Source: Sphaerodactylus townsendi (lineage: Eukaryota). Taken from it: 64,000 nucleotides of DNA. Of the stretch, positions 1 to 12,760 are shown one piece after another; positions within the stretch are counted from its first letter, which is position 1, and each line of letters begins with the position of its first letter. The DNA lies in the NCBI RefSeq assembly GCF_021028975.2, contig NC_059426.1:42904001-42968000 (forward strand), read 5' to 3'. Under the pieces are notes generated by a model, which saw only the letters and a list, made by a program, of their open reading frames with translations, searched no databases and was not told the DNA's origin. A program made the translations under genes and the position numbers.

Positions 1-86
1 CAGCATGGCCAATTGGCCATGATGGTAGGGGCTGATGGGAATTGTAGTTCCTGAACATCTGGAGAGCCGCAGGTTCCCTACCCCTG
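1..86. mobile_element. Right half of a palindromic hAT MITE, truncated by the window edge
   Basis: Body GGGGCTGATGGGAATTGTAGT..ACATCTGGAG matches the copies at 28310 and 61199. Ends in TIR GGTTCCCTACCCCTG, the same as the element at 46992-47280. Confidence 0.8.
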
Positions 87-324
87 CTCTGGAACAATGG
101 GAGCTGCAAACAAATCTCAGTGGAAGAGAATGGGAACAGTGGAAGAAGAAGAGGGAATCTGCTCAGCTGTGCAATGAACCTGTCCACACTGTTGCTCTGT
201 GTCACATACATCCTCTACCCCTTTATGGTTCAGCCTCTAAATGATTACAAAGGACAGGATTTCGTCTTGATTATATAGTCTGCTTGCGGTTTGCACAGTG
301 AGAAGTGGGGGTGGGGGAGGGGGA

Positions 325-521
325 TATTAAAACATACAAAGGAAGTTGCCTGAATCAGACCATTTGCCCTTCAAAATTAGTACAGTCTACTCTGGCTGGC
401 AGTAGCTCTCCAGGGTCTCAGGTAGAGATCCTTCAGATCACCCAGTACCTGATCCTGGAGCTACCAAGAATTGAACCTGGAACTTTCTGCATGCCAAGTG
501 TATGCTCTACCCCTAAGCCAC
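325..521 (-). mobile_element. tRNA-derived SINE (Squam3-like), diverged
   Basis: Reverse-complement tRNA-like head AATTGAACCTGGAACTTTCTGCATGCCAAG...GCTCTACC..AGCCAC, with a body resembling squamate SINEs. Family assigned from memory. Confidence 0.6.
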
Positions 522-778
522 AAACATTCCTCATAGAGGTTGGTTTGCCCACAGTCCTGGTGAAAAATGTCCTGTCTCTTTAATATTTATTTATTTACAG
601 AATTTGTATTTTGGCTTTCTGCCCTTACAAGGGCCATCAAAGGTGGCTAACCATGTAAAAAATACATGATAAAATAGCAGTTAAAACCCCATTTGAATCA
701 ATAGATGTTTAATGTGTGGAAAGGAGCAGGTGAAGCTTTTCATGCCAGGGAGGCAAATAACATTGCCTGGCAAATTAG

Positions 779-984
779 TCATAGAATCACAGAGTTGGAA
801 GAGACCTCAAGGACCATCAAGTCCAACCCCTGCAATGCAGGAACACACAATCAAAGCACTCCCGACAGATGGCCATCAAGCCTCTCTTTAAACACCTCCA
901 AAGAAGGAGACTCCACCACACTTCGAAGTAGTACATTCCACTGTTGAACAGTCCTTGCTGTCAGGAAGTTTTTCCTGATGTTTA
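779..984 (-). mobile_element. CR1 LINE 3' fragment
   Basis: CATAGAATCACAGAGTTGGAAGAGACCTCAAGGACCATCAAGTCCAACCCC...GTCAGGAAGTTTTTCCTGATGTTTAG is the typical reverse-complement CR1 3' end. Confidence 0.8.
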
Positions 985-2428
985 GTTTAAGGGACAGGAT
1001 TAAAGGGATAGGATTTTTTTTCCCCTCCAGGCAACCCTACTTATAAGGTAGTTCCTCATTTCTCTGTCTGCTGCAGAGGAAGCCAAGCTCAGCACATCCT
1101 GACTTTAACACCCATGTGATCCTCAAAAGCAAATCTTCTTTAGCTGGTATGACTGTGAGCAAGGCAGGGTGATTAGCATGGGATAAGGGATAATACGAGC
1201 CCAGTTCTTTTTACAGAAGAAAAAACTTCTGAATTTGAAAGTAGCTTGTTTTAAGTCCACATTTTCTATGCTACCAATTTGTATGTATCAAAAAACAGAG
1301 GCAGTGATTTGGAGCCAGCCACAGAGTTAAGAAGCGCGGCAACCCCAGTCAACAAAAATGTTGACTGTGATAGGTCTGATTGTAATTTTCAAGCACTATA
1401 GAAACTTATTTGGAGAGGGAATAGAAAGAATCTGATCTCTCAATGAGTTCTGACGAAAGTTGAACTAACAGCTCAGTTTTGTATTTGCTCTGGGTAGGCG
1501 GAGCACTGAAAGCCTTTATCAGCATGCTTATTTGCCCCAGGGAAGCAAGTGCCTTTTCTACAAATAAAGTGTGAAGAATTTAACTTGCTATAAAGCCCCT
1601 CTAAGCCAAGTAGCACAGTAAATAAAACACACTTGAACTTTGCAAACCTGCAGCACTATCGCTCACATTTCTAAGTTCCCAGCTCTAAACCTTGTTTGCT
1701 TTAGCACAAGATCGCCAGCTTAGAAGCAAAGTCAGACTTGTGCCTCTAAAAGTATGGACAAATTCAAAGAGTGGGATGCTAGTCTAAGGTTTCATTGCTT
1801 TGTTGGGTTTTTCATCAGCCCCTTGGTTCAGGGGATGTGGTGGCATGTCTTGTCTATGTTATCCAGGCAATTCAAGAAAGCCATGGTCACATGGTTGTGG
1901 ATCAGCTTTAACCTAACTTGTGGAACGGGAAATATATTTTTCACCAACTAAGATGCTTCCACCTGTTCCATCTTTCACAGGGATCATCATCTACTGTAGA
2001 ATTTAAAACATATTTACCTTTCAAGTGTCAAGTTTTCAAGTTTTTATCTAAGCTACTCAATCTAACTCACTAGCTGACTTTAACAAGCTGTTTGAAAGAT
2101 TCAACACTCACAGCAAACCACGTGACAATACGATATCAATACAATTTTATAGGCCTGTTCCCTGACTTCATTTTCATGTTTCTTTTGGCTGGAATCCTCA
2201 AACAACACTTTAGGAGTTTCCCCACCTCTTTCAATAGGATTTTTTAAAAAGTGGACATGGTTAGAAGACTGCAGAGCTGGCCTTGAAGCCCATTAACTAA
2301 GAACATAGAGATGGAAGAGGGGAAGAAGAAGACAAGACTAGGAGCAGCCATGTATATAAGCCAATATCTTGTCCTACAGTGACATTTGTGCCTACTGCAA
2401 AGTACGGCATACGGCATTAGATGAAAGG

Positions 2429-2929
2429 CAGTGGCGGAGCGCCAAGGGGACGGGGGATGCATGGGGCACCAGGCGCATGCCTGGGGTGGAAAATCATCCC
2501 CGGCCCCTCCCTCTTTCCCCTGTCCCCCCCCCCCCCCCGTGGTGACCCCCCATGGCACACACACACCTGCCCCCCTTCCCACACTTACTTATGTCCCTTT
2601 TCTTTTTTAGTACTTTTTGAAGTTGAAAAAAGCAGCCTATTTACAGTTCAGGCTAAAAATTGCCTGAGGAACTACAGTTCCCAGGAGACCTTGGGGCTCA
2701 CAAGGTCTCCTGGTAAGTATAGTTCATCAGGCAGTTTTTTCCCTGAACTGTGAAGAGGCCGCTTTTTTCAGCCTCAAAAAGTGCTAGAAATAGAAAAGGA
2801 ACATAGGTAAGTGTGGGAGGGGGCGGGGAAGTGTGCCACAAGGGGGGGCGCTGTGGGGGGCGGGGGCGCCATGGGGGGTGGAAAAAACACACTGCGCACC
2901 GGGTGCAGTTTGGCCCAGCTACGCTTCTG
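2429..2929. mobile_element. Non-autonomous hAT foldback element
   Basis: 8-bp TSD ATGAAAGG at 2421-2428 and 2930-2937. Termini CAGTGGCGGAGC / GCTACGCTTCTG. Long imperfect internal palindrome centred near 2697. Confidence 0.85.
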
Positions 2930-3062
2930 ATGAAAGGTGTACTGAACCTGTGATGGCTACTCTACACATAGAAAACATCTTTTGATATTATAGTAACTGA
3001 TTGATAAACATATCGACCTTTTGAACCCTTCCTGTAGCTCAAATAGTTGACATAATATTAGG

Positions 3063-3285
3063 TAGGGTTGCTAGGTTTGCCCTGACCTTAAAAACAGGGG
3101 CTGGGCGGTGGGGGGATAGGATCAGCAGATCCAAATTGGAAGGACAGGGATTTCCGTGAGGGACAATGCCATAGAATCTATCCTGCAATGCATCTATTTT
3201 CTTCAGTGAAACTGATCTCTGCAGTCTGGAGATGAGCTATAATTTTGGGAGAAGGTCAAGTCTCAGTTGGAGGCTAGCATCCCTA
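3063..3285 (-). mobile_element. hAT-Blackjack-like MITE (TAGGGTTGCCA-type TIR), a highly repeated family in this window
   Basis: Termini TAGGGTTGCTA / TAGCATCCCTA. Internal ACTGATCTCTG..GTCTGGAGAT motif shared with copies near 5560-5716, 6833-7003, 10109, 10611, 13160, 23620, 28493, 42885, 46918 and 54880. Confidence 0.65.
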
Positions 3286-4513
3286 TTATTAAGACAAAGT
3301 TAAAGAGCCCAATCCAAAAGGGGGTTAGTGAATAGGTTGGATTAGTCAACAAAAGCTCACTCCACCATGTTTGCCACCTTTCCGGCACATTTTGCAAATG
3401 TAGCAGTGGGGTGGGCGAACTGGTAGGTGGCTAGGGGCTAGGGTTTGCTGCAGTCCAATCAGACACTGGCATGAGGGGGGCACGGTGGGGTGTTCCCAGG
3501 AGTGAAGTTGACATTAGTCACTTTCCACCCAGGGTTTAGGACCGGGAACACAGTGCCCAGGGCCTAAACTCCATTCAGCCCTATAGAGGACTTTTAGCCG
3601 TAAGGTTTTTAATGTTTTCTCTGCCTTACAACACCACCAGAAAATCTTTGGAGGCAACAGGTTAGTGTGACAGTATTGTTGTCCTCAGACACCTTGGGAT
3701 TTGCACTGGGCTGCCAGTCTTCTTTCTTCACAAACAGCTTCTCAGAAGTAAACAACATTCTAGAATCACTTTAAAAATTAACAAAAGCTTTTTTTTTCAT
3801 CCTACCATACCTCTTACTGGCATGGAGCCCACTTCATTGACTGCATGAGCTTTTTGGCAAATGTTTCCGAAACAAACAATTATGGTAGAATAAAAAGTTG
3901 TTATTCATTAAGGTATTGCAAGATTCCCATTTATTTCTGCTGCTGTAGATGAACTTGGCTTCCTCTTTGAGAATTATTTCCAAAGTAATTCCCATTGTGT
4001 CCCTGACAGGGTTATTTGTTCATATGATAAATAACAACAGGATGCCTCTTTCCCTCAACTGAAGGTTGACCGTTTCTAACTAACAGGACAACCATTCCAC
4101 TCAACTAAAGGTTATAACTACCTTGCAAGGTCAGCTGCCAGGACGGACCTGGCAATCCTATTTAATGTTTCTGTCATCAAGGCTCAGAAACCCGACAGTG
4201 GCCCAAACCTGAATAGTCGACACAAACCTGTAGGTATATATTTATTCTGAATGTTTTACATTCAGGTTTTTCAAAATCCTTATGGGTTATGTCTTTAATA
4301 AGATAAAGATCTATAGCTTGTTTCAAGAAAGTATTTGGATTTTTTAAACAGAATTCTAAAACCCTTTTAAATACTGCAAAGATGCATTCAACATGTTTCA
4401 GGTCTCCCTGTCCTTCCTATTTTTTTATGTAGCTTCTTTGCTTGTACTATTTATGACAATCACTTATGCTACACCATATGCTACTACCCTATTTTTTATT
4501 CTAGAATGTAATA

Positions 4514-4785
4514 CCCTGTTTCTCTGAATATAAGACATCCCCGGAAAATAAGACATAGTAGAGGTTTTGCTGAAGTGTGAAATATAAGGCATCCCCCAAA
4601 AGTAAGACGCAGCAAAGTTTTTGTTTGGAAGCATGCCCAACGAACAGAACACAGAAAAACAAGACATCCCCTGAAAATAAGACATAGCGCATCTTTGGGA
4701 GCAAAAATTGATACTGTCTTATTTTTACACTCTTATTTTAATTAATTAACAAAATTAACACTGTCTTATTTTCGGGGAAACACGG
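4514..4785. mobile_element. Tc1/mariner (pogo/Tigger-like) MITE
   Basis: TA on both flanks. TIRs CCCTGTTTCTCTGAATATAAGAC / GTCTTATTTTCGGGGAAACACGG. Internal AAAATAAGACA subrepeats. Second copy at 24536-24780. Confidence 0.85.
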
Positions 4786-5934
4786 TACTTCATTTTTCCT
4801 GTGGTCAGTTTAATATCCAGACTTTTTGAGCCACTTCAACATTTCCCAATGTGTATCACTGCATTAATGGATGGATATAAATATATCCATATCATTCAGC
4901 ATCTATATACAATATTTATACCCTGTCCTGCTATTTATAAGCATTCAGGAAGCCAGCTGTGACATATTTCTCCTTCAAAACACACCTAAAAGTAGAGTAA
5001 ATTTAACCAAATGTCAAGCATAAATAAGATTGTTTCCACCAGACACAAACAATTGAAGTCACATTAAGATATGATAAGGTTATAAACTGTCAAATTGTAG
5101 AGGCCTCACAGCACCACTAAAAATGTGTAAAATCTGAAATTCAGTAATTTTTTGCACTTAGCAGCTCCTCATAATCTCATAAAATGTAAATTACTTAGTT
5201 GTGAGTAAATCCAGCTATGTCAGCCCCTGGTGCAATGGCATTACTTCATCTGGAAGTGATATTATCAAGAAACAGCAAATGCTAAAGCATTACCCCAGCA
5301 GGATGACATCACTTCCATTTAACACCAGAAGTGAGGTCATCATGTTAGGCAATGCTGATCACCAACCCCTATTTCATCAGTATTTCTCTGAGTGGCAGCA
5401 GGCAGAGGCGGGGACAGCAAAGCAGAATGCCAAAGTGGGATTTCTGGCAACTTTGGCTGGATGGGGTGACACCTTAAAGGAGCACACAGGATGTGGGTTG
5501 AAGCTTCCACACTCCTGCCCCTATATCTTCTATGCCTTTTTCACCTAGTTGAGCTGCTGTAAAATTTCCCCTGTAAGAAAGACAGCTTCAGAAAGTGGAC
5601 TCTATTGCATCACATCCCTGCTGAGCTCCCACTTGCCCGCCCACCCCCCAACCCTACCCTCTCAAGGAACTATCCCAAATCTCCAGAAATTTTCCAAGCT
5701 AGAGTTAGCAACCCTAGGCCACAAGATGGAATGGGACACAACACGTTTGGGTTGGCATATCTAAACTTTCTACTGCACTGAACCAAGTTTAGACAAAATG
5801 TGCAGACTAATGATAATAAACAACTTTGAGTTTTATTCTCCAAATCTTTTCTCTCACACACTGGGGAACATTTGTGTAGATTTTTTACACCTTGCTTTTT
5901 TCCCTCTTAAGAAGTCTTAAAGTGGCTTACAATT

Positions 5935-6425
5935 ATAATGGTCTGGGGTCATTATACTTTTGGGACTGCCTCTCCCAGTATGTCCCCCGACAGGCACTGT
6001 GTTCAGTGAATCATAACTTACTGGTAGTCCCTGGTCCAAAGGATATCCAGTGGGCCTCAACCAACCTGGTGGAATGCTCCGTCTGATGAGATCCGGGCCC
6101 TGCAGGACTAGATGCAGTTCTGCAGGGCCTGTAAGATGGAGCTATTCCACCAAGCATGTGGTTGAGGCAGTTATGGTAATACCATCTAAATGGCCTCCTT
6201 TTTCCCTGTTTCCCTCAGTGGGGCTTTTTATCAGGGTAGGAATGGGATAAAAGCAAGTAATAAGCAAATTGCCATTTGTTATTTTTATGGATTAGTTATC
6301 GTTTTTATGTTGAAGTGTAGGTGGCTTTTGGCCCCATTTTTTATATTGTAAATATTATATGTTACGAGCCTCCCTGAGCCCACAAGGGGAAGGGCAGCAT
6401 AAAAGTTTTAAAACATAAAATAAAT
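5935..6425 (+). mobile_element. L2 LINE 3' fragment (end of ORF2 plus 3' UTR)
   Basis: Degenerate translation (..NGLGSLYFWDCLSQYVPRQALCS..LLVVP..) resembles the L2 ORF2 C-terminus. It is followed by a T-rich UTR and a GAGCCTCCCTGAGCCC..GGGCAGCATAAAA..AATAAA tail. Confidence 0.65.
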
Positions 6426-6429
6426 TTGC

Positions 6430-6595
6430 TTCTCTTCCTCACAACAGGCACTTTATGAGGTAGGTGGGGCTGAAAGAGTTCTGAGAAAACTGTGACTGGT
6501 CTAAGGTCACTTAGCAGGCTTCATGTGGAGGATGGGGAAAACAAACTCAGTTCTCCAGATTAGAGTCTGCCATTCTTAACAACTATGCCATGCTG
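6430..6595 (-). mobile_element. tRNA-derived SINE with MIR/CORE-like body, partial
   Basis: Similar to 54483-54786 and to the reverse complement of 10278-10593. Confidence 0.7.
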
Positions 6596-9500
6596 GTTCA
6601 TTCCTTGCATCCTACAGACAATTTACTTATTTCATTCTCTTTTCTGTTGTCTATACAGCTTTCCATGTAGGCTATGTTCTGTGCAACTCCTTCTGGGATC
6701 GCCACAAATGTGCCTTTCTCTTGCCAGTTGCAGTGGCTGCTGGGTCCCAGTAAGGAAGAGAACTCAAAAAAGGAAACTTTCTACCTTGATTTATCTAGCA
6801 TTGAATTTGAACTATTTGAGAACCAGTATAGCTCGGGTCACCAACTTCCAGGCAACCCAAGCTAGACAGAGATCAGTTCACCTGGGGGAAATGGATGCTT
6901 TGGATAATGGATGCTATGACATTATACTCCTTCCCCTCCCCAAACCTCTCCCCAGGTTCCACCGCCAGATCTCCTGGAATTTCTCCTCCCACAGTTGGCA
7001 TATAGCCACTCCTATTATGTGTGTCTGCATGTGTTACAGATGACTGAGCTTCATCTCTCGCAAAAATACTTTGGAGTCTGCTGCATTGCAGTAATGTCAC
7101 TGATTATTTGCAACAAGAGAATTAATCTAGCCATGTCCAATACAAAATATTCACATTATGGATTAGACAAGAACCAAATTCTCTCCTGCAAAGGTTACCG
7201 ATATTCCTTTTCCGAGAATTCTCCATTTCCCCAGCTACATAATGCTAAACACAATATGAAAATGTACCAGATGATATTTTTATGTACTGAAACAATAGAA
7301 GGGTGGATCAGGTGAGTTATTTTTGTGGAGTACACTGTTTTCAGTCAGCCGTGCTGACCTCTCTCCAATCAGCCCGTGGTGACACAGCTGTGCTGCACAT
7401 TCCAAGTGCTTAATTCAGCCTGTATTGGCATGCTACCATTAAGGCTCAAAAAACCTACATTTCTGGCAGTATGCCAAAACTGATCTGGGCTGCATTTAAC
7501 TTATGGCACCAGCATTTGCGCAGCTATTTCAGCACATATTAATTGAGAAGAATGACTGACAAAGACCACATGAACCAGGCCTCAGTAATTCTAAAATCCA
7601 GGTTTCTATAAATCTGAATAGAACAAAAATCCTATATATGAGAAAGTACTTCAACAAAATATTATTTTCTGTTAATCCCAAAACCATGAATAGAAACTGG
7701 ATGTTTCGCATTATTGCTTGAAGTGCAGGCTACACACTGGAATGTTTAAATTTAAACTATATTATGTCCCAAGGATATTTCAGATTTTTATATTACACCA
7801 CACTTTTTTCCTGCTTACCACTATAAAACGCTAATTTGATGTGCCCACCTATAAAGATTGGCACATACAGAGTTCCTAATCTAAAGTTTTTCAACCAGAT
7901 TGCATATTAAAAACAGTCGAGTTAATAAACCTCCTGGCCAAATAAAGACTCATTGCTCCCAAGTTTTATGCTGCCAATACTCAAAAAGGAACCAGTTTGG
8001 TTATTTCTAGCAGATTTTTGTCCACCATCCATAGTCTCATTAATCAAGGCATTTCTACCAGTTAAATGGTGTGGAACAGTCTGTGAAACTATCTGCTACT
8101 ACAATGCCAATTGAACAAATGCATGGATGGATTTTTCTTACTAATCGTTCCTGGAAGCTATCATTTCAAACAAATGAAAAATTGTAGCACTCTCAGAAGT
8201 CTCAGCAGCTACTCGTAATTAAAATCTAAGTAGAGCCACTGACTGTGAAAAGTACATTCTTGTTTAAGTCTTATAAATGACTGACCATCAACTACGCCAA
8301 TAATATACTGTAGAAACAGTTGGTATTGCCACGCAGGAATATAACTAGCATTTCAAGGTACTGGATAAACCATTTGTTTTCAGTTCGCTACTTATGGTTC
8401 CTTTTCTCTTCATTGGCTCATACAAAATACACAATCGGGTAAAAGAAAACACATACCTGGGACTGCCTCCTACAGGTAGGGAAACTGCTGGATATTTGAG
8501 GATGGAACTTGGAGAGGACAGAATTTGGAGAAGGGAGGGACCTCAGTGATACTGACCGTGGTTGATATGACTAAAAAAGTAGAGGGGAAGCTATGGGGGT
8601 GGGTTAATAAGAACTGCCCCTAAAGAACAACTTGCTTCATCATCTCTGTAAATTACAGAGTATAGTAGAATTGCCTAGGGGTAAAATGTGTGTGAATAGG
8701 TGGGCGTGTACTTCCCACAATCTGGTATGAAGCAAACTCATGATGACAGAATTTTCCTGGAGTTTTATGCCCATGCATACCTCTCCATCCAGTTATAAAT
8801 CAGGAGAAATTTTTTTAAAGTCAAAAAGAGGGGAGGGGAACCACTATTAGACATTTACAAAGGTATTAAATTCCTGCTTCACATTGGTTTGCACATTGTA
8901 ATTCAACAGAAAATACTGTTATTTTAAGAACTGGACAATGATACCTGCTACTAGTAAATGCAAACTTTTATTAAGAAGACTTTGCCAAGTAAATGCTTTG
9001 AAGATAAACTCAGGAGTGGCTACATGGTATGGTTGTTCTGCTATTCACATGCATCTGGTGTGTTTGCTCCCTCAGCAGGTTTCATGGTTCTTCAGAGTTT
9101 TGTTCAAGAATTTAATCACTATACTATTTCAGCTCTTAGTACTGGGTTATGCAAGCCACTATTAGAAGGATATATGTTCCACTCGTATGTTGAAAAAGTT
9201 GGGATTTACAAGCTAGTACCAAGCACAGGATATATGACAAGAACAGAACTAATTTAAGAGCTAACAAAGCCAAAAGCACTGGGCTAAGCCAAAGTTAAGT
9301 ATTCCAGAGCACCATTTATTTCAATGGGAGAAATTTAAGTAGACCATTTCGAACAAGACATACAAATGGTAAACAGTGCTGGATTCCTCCCCTCCAAATG
9401 TTTCCCTCCCAACATCACTCACCCTTAGAACAATTGTATCAGTGGTAAGCCCTTGCAGCACTAAATCTGTCTTGCACAAAAGGTACAGTAAACCGTCTGG

Positions 9501-10277
9501 CACTTTAAAGGGCTGTTTAATTCTCAGCTATTAGGCATGTGCCATTTCCTGCAATTTGGACTGTAGTTCTGATGGCCTCTTTGATGTTCCCTAGCTGTAA
9601 GGCGAGGAAAAGACCCACCGCTGGCAATACTATCTCAGAAAGTGTGGCTCTTTGTTCTTTCATTTGTACTTGTTTGGTCACAGTACTGATAAAAGAGGAA
9701 GTCTCTTTTACTTACATTTCGAAATTGCTGTCAACTACAGCAACTGGCAAAACTTACCTCAAAAACCATTGGCCACCCACACAAAGCAAGCCCTTGGCTC
9801 CTATCTACTTCATAAGTAGCCAAATGTTAGTGTTAAAAATATCGATTGTGCTGAGAAAGACTCCCTATCCAAGCTGTGTATTAACAGCTGTGCAAAATGT
9901 ATGGTATATAGTCAACATGCTACCTTTGGAAAGGGCACTGGTCCAAGTCCAGTTAAAAGTTCCTCATGCTTTAATCTCAATGAAAGCAGCAGAGCATGAG
10001 TTAGTCACATGCATAACTTCTTCCAGTGATTGTAGTTGGATTTAATCATGATTAACTGTAGCTAAGATTACTTTGTTTAGTTATGTAAAAAATTGATCAC
10101 TCCAGTAGTTGGGTTGTCAGCCTTCAGATGGGTCCTGGAATTCTTCCAGTACTAAAACTGATCTCCAGACTACAGAGATCAATTCTCCTAGAGAAAATGG
10201 CTGCTTTGAACAGTGGACAAACTATGTTCAAGCTCAGAAGTTTTTTCTTCCTTATAACAAACAGTTTTCGTCAACTG

Positions 10278-10593
10278 AGAGCCAGCATGGTGTAGTGGCT
10301 AAGAGCAGGTGCTCTCTAATCTGGAGAACCGGGTTTGATTCCCTGATCTGCCACTTGAGCTGTGGAGGCTTATCTGGTGAACCAGATTAGCTTGTGCACT
10401 CCAACACATGCCAGCTGGGTGACCTTGGGCTAGTCACAGTTCTTCAGAGTTCTCTCAGCCCCACTCACCTCACAGGGTGTTTGTTATGAGGAGGAAAGGG
10501 AAAGGAGACTGTAAGCCCCTTTGAGTCTCCTTACAAAAGAGAAAGGGGGAATATAAATCCAAACTCCTCCTCTTCCTCTTCCTCTTCTTCTTC
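10278..10593 (+). mobile_element. Full-length tRNA-derived SINE with MIR/CORE-like body (Squam2-like)
   Basis: A-box TGGTGTAGTGG, B-box-like GGTTTGATTCCC, CORE-like GTGACCTTGGGCTAGTCAC, and a (CTC/CTT)n tail. Highly similar inverted copy at 54483-54786. Confidence 0.8.
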
Positions 10594-10610
10594 TGAAATG
10601 TGGTTTCATC

Positions 10611-10815
10611 TAGGATTGCCAACTCCTGGTAGTAGCTGGAGGTCTTCTGGAATTCCAAGTGATTTCCAGGCTATAGAGGCTAGTTCCCCTAGATAAAACA
10701 GCAGTTTCGGAAGTTGAATTTATGGCATTATACCCTGCTGAGGTCCTTCCCCTTCTCAAACTCTACTATTTCCAGGATCCACACCCCATCACCAAATTCA
10801 GATTCAACAACCCTA
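10611..10815 (+). mobile_element. hAT-Blackjack-like MITE
   Basis: TAGGATTGCCAACTCC...CAACAACCCTA termini with the same body as the other copies. Confidence 0.65.
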
Positions 10816-11304
10816 TCCAGGAAAGATACAAACTATGCCCTGAAATATTTGACCACATTTTTCTCACCACATTTTTGTAGTTAATATTAAGTCAAGTGAA
10901 GTGATTGCTATCACAGCCTAAGGACAAATCCACTAAAAATCTATGTACTGCTAGTCAACATACAAAATATTACAAAAGTAAAATTCAAGTACTTTAGTTA
11001 TGCATTGCAATCATATACAAATATCTATATATTAACTTATATTCAACCTGTGTAATTTCAAAATATGAACTTCAAATATCAGCATGTCAAAGGGTGCCTT
11101 GTAAGCACAAAATGCCTTTAAGGACTTCAAATGAATGTTTCAAAAACCTGTAGAATGATAATTATAAGGAAATATAGTTGTTCAATATATTTTGAAATTA
11201 CATAGGTTGAGAATAGATTGTTTTATATTCAACCAAAGTACTTAAATTTTACTTTCTGTATGCTTCATTGATTAGTGGAACAGCCAGAGAACTGGTGCAT
11301 CAGA

Positions 11305-11505
11305 GAGAAATCGCGCCCCAGGCTTCAGCCTGGAGGCGCCATTGCAAGGGGGGAGGAACGAGTGGAAGCCTCCTTCCCCGCCGGCCGACTGAGGCTGTCA
11401 CGTGGCCGGGTGCCGGCACGTGACACCAGGGCACCAAACTTGCGCAGCCTATAAAGGGCTGCGTCGGCGGGGACCGGCCTCTTCGAGGCTGGCTGCTTTC
11501 AAAGG
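11305..11505 (+). repeat. Ngaro repeat A1 (contains TATA-like CCTATAAAG)
   Basis: Shares CCAGGCTTCAGCC, AGTGGAAGCCTC, ATAAAGGGCTGCGTCGGCGGGGACCG and GGCTGGCTGCTTTCAAAGG with 17757-17959. Confidence 0.85.
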
Positions 11506-12760
11506 AGTCTGCCTTTATTGAGCTCTCCCTTGCGGCCTCGAACAGAGCAGGCTGACGCGGCCTTTGCTGCAGGACTCTTGGTTCCCTCCCTCTCCCGCCT
11601 CCTAATATTGTTTAGGCTGGGACGTGATAGTATTTATCGCTCGGCCATTCCCAAAACAGAGCTGTTGACAGCTGAGCATCCTGCTGCTTTAAAAAGGGAA
11701 GTACACCTTTTAGCGCTGACTCTCCCTGGCTGCCTCGACCAGAAGCTGAGGTGACTCGGCCTTCACTTTGAGACACTCCACAGAAGGCTTATCAGGAACT
11801 GTGTTTCAAGCTCTTTTGAGGCCGGGCTGCTTCAAAAGGGAGCGACATGGTAGTCCTTGCTCTCCCTTGCGGCCTCAAGCTTAGAGAAGGTTCGCTCGCC
11901 TTTCGGGCCAAGAGCCACTGGGAAACGTGGCTGCAGTTAGTGGCTGGGGAGTGACGCTGAAAGAGCGTTCAGTATTCCGCTTGGGTGGCATCTACATCCC
12001 CCCCCCCCCTTTGGTGAGGGGAGGGGGGGGGGTTTTTTGCAGCGGGAACCTCCCGACGGGAGTAAGCGACGGCTGCAACGGCTTGACTTTCTGCGGCCCT
12101 GTTGGTTGAAGCGGCTCTCTGGTTTCAGCCCGCTTATTGAGCCAAAGGCTACCGCTGCAGCGTGCACTCTATCAGGTGCCTCGGCCACTCTTTGTTGAAG
12201 GGTGGCATATTGCTCCAGGAGCCTCCCTCGGGAGCCTGCATGTATGCGGCTCTTTGCCGTCAAGTTGATTGGGAGTGGGCTTTTGGGCTTCAGCGGCAAT
12301 CAGGGTCTGGAAGGCCCGTTACGGCGGCCTCTCCTCCGCATGTGAAGGAGTGCGGCGGGCTTACCGGGCACGTAGCCTCCGGGAGAAAGAGGTTGTTGCT
12401 CGGGATCGTCCCATTACGCCGGGCAGTTGGGCTTCATGGGGGGTGTTCATAGTAGGCATTTGCTTCGCCACTCACCCCTGGAGAAGTTTCCAGCAGGGCT
12501 CTGCCAGCAGTGTCGGTCAAGCACGCCCGAGGAAGGCCTTGCTCGACGCAATTCAAAATGCTCGGGCGAGAGATCCCCCCCCCCCCCGTTGAAAGTGCAG
12601 GGATCGCTCTAGGAAGCAGGGGTTGCAGTCCCAGAGCCGGTGTCAGGCAAGCAGTGGTGGCGAGTCGGAAATGGCAGCGGCACTCACAGTTTCAAAGAAG
12701 TTGCTCTTCAGGCAGAGACTCTAATTTTTCTGGATGACCCAGATTCAAATGTACTTGCAG

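Noticed and set aside
9539-10045. 168-aa ORF
   Set aside because: Non-ATG start, no recognisable domain, and composition typical of random AT-rich DNA.
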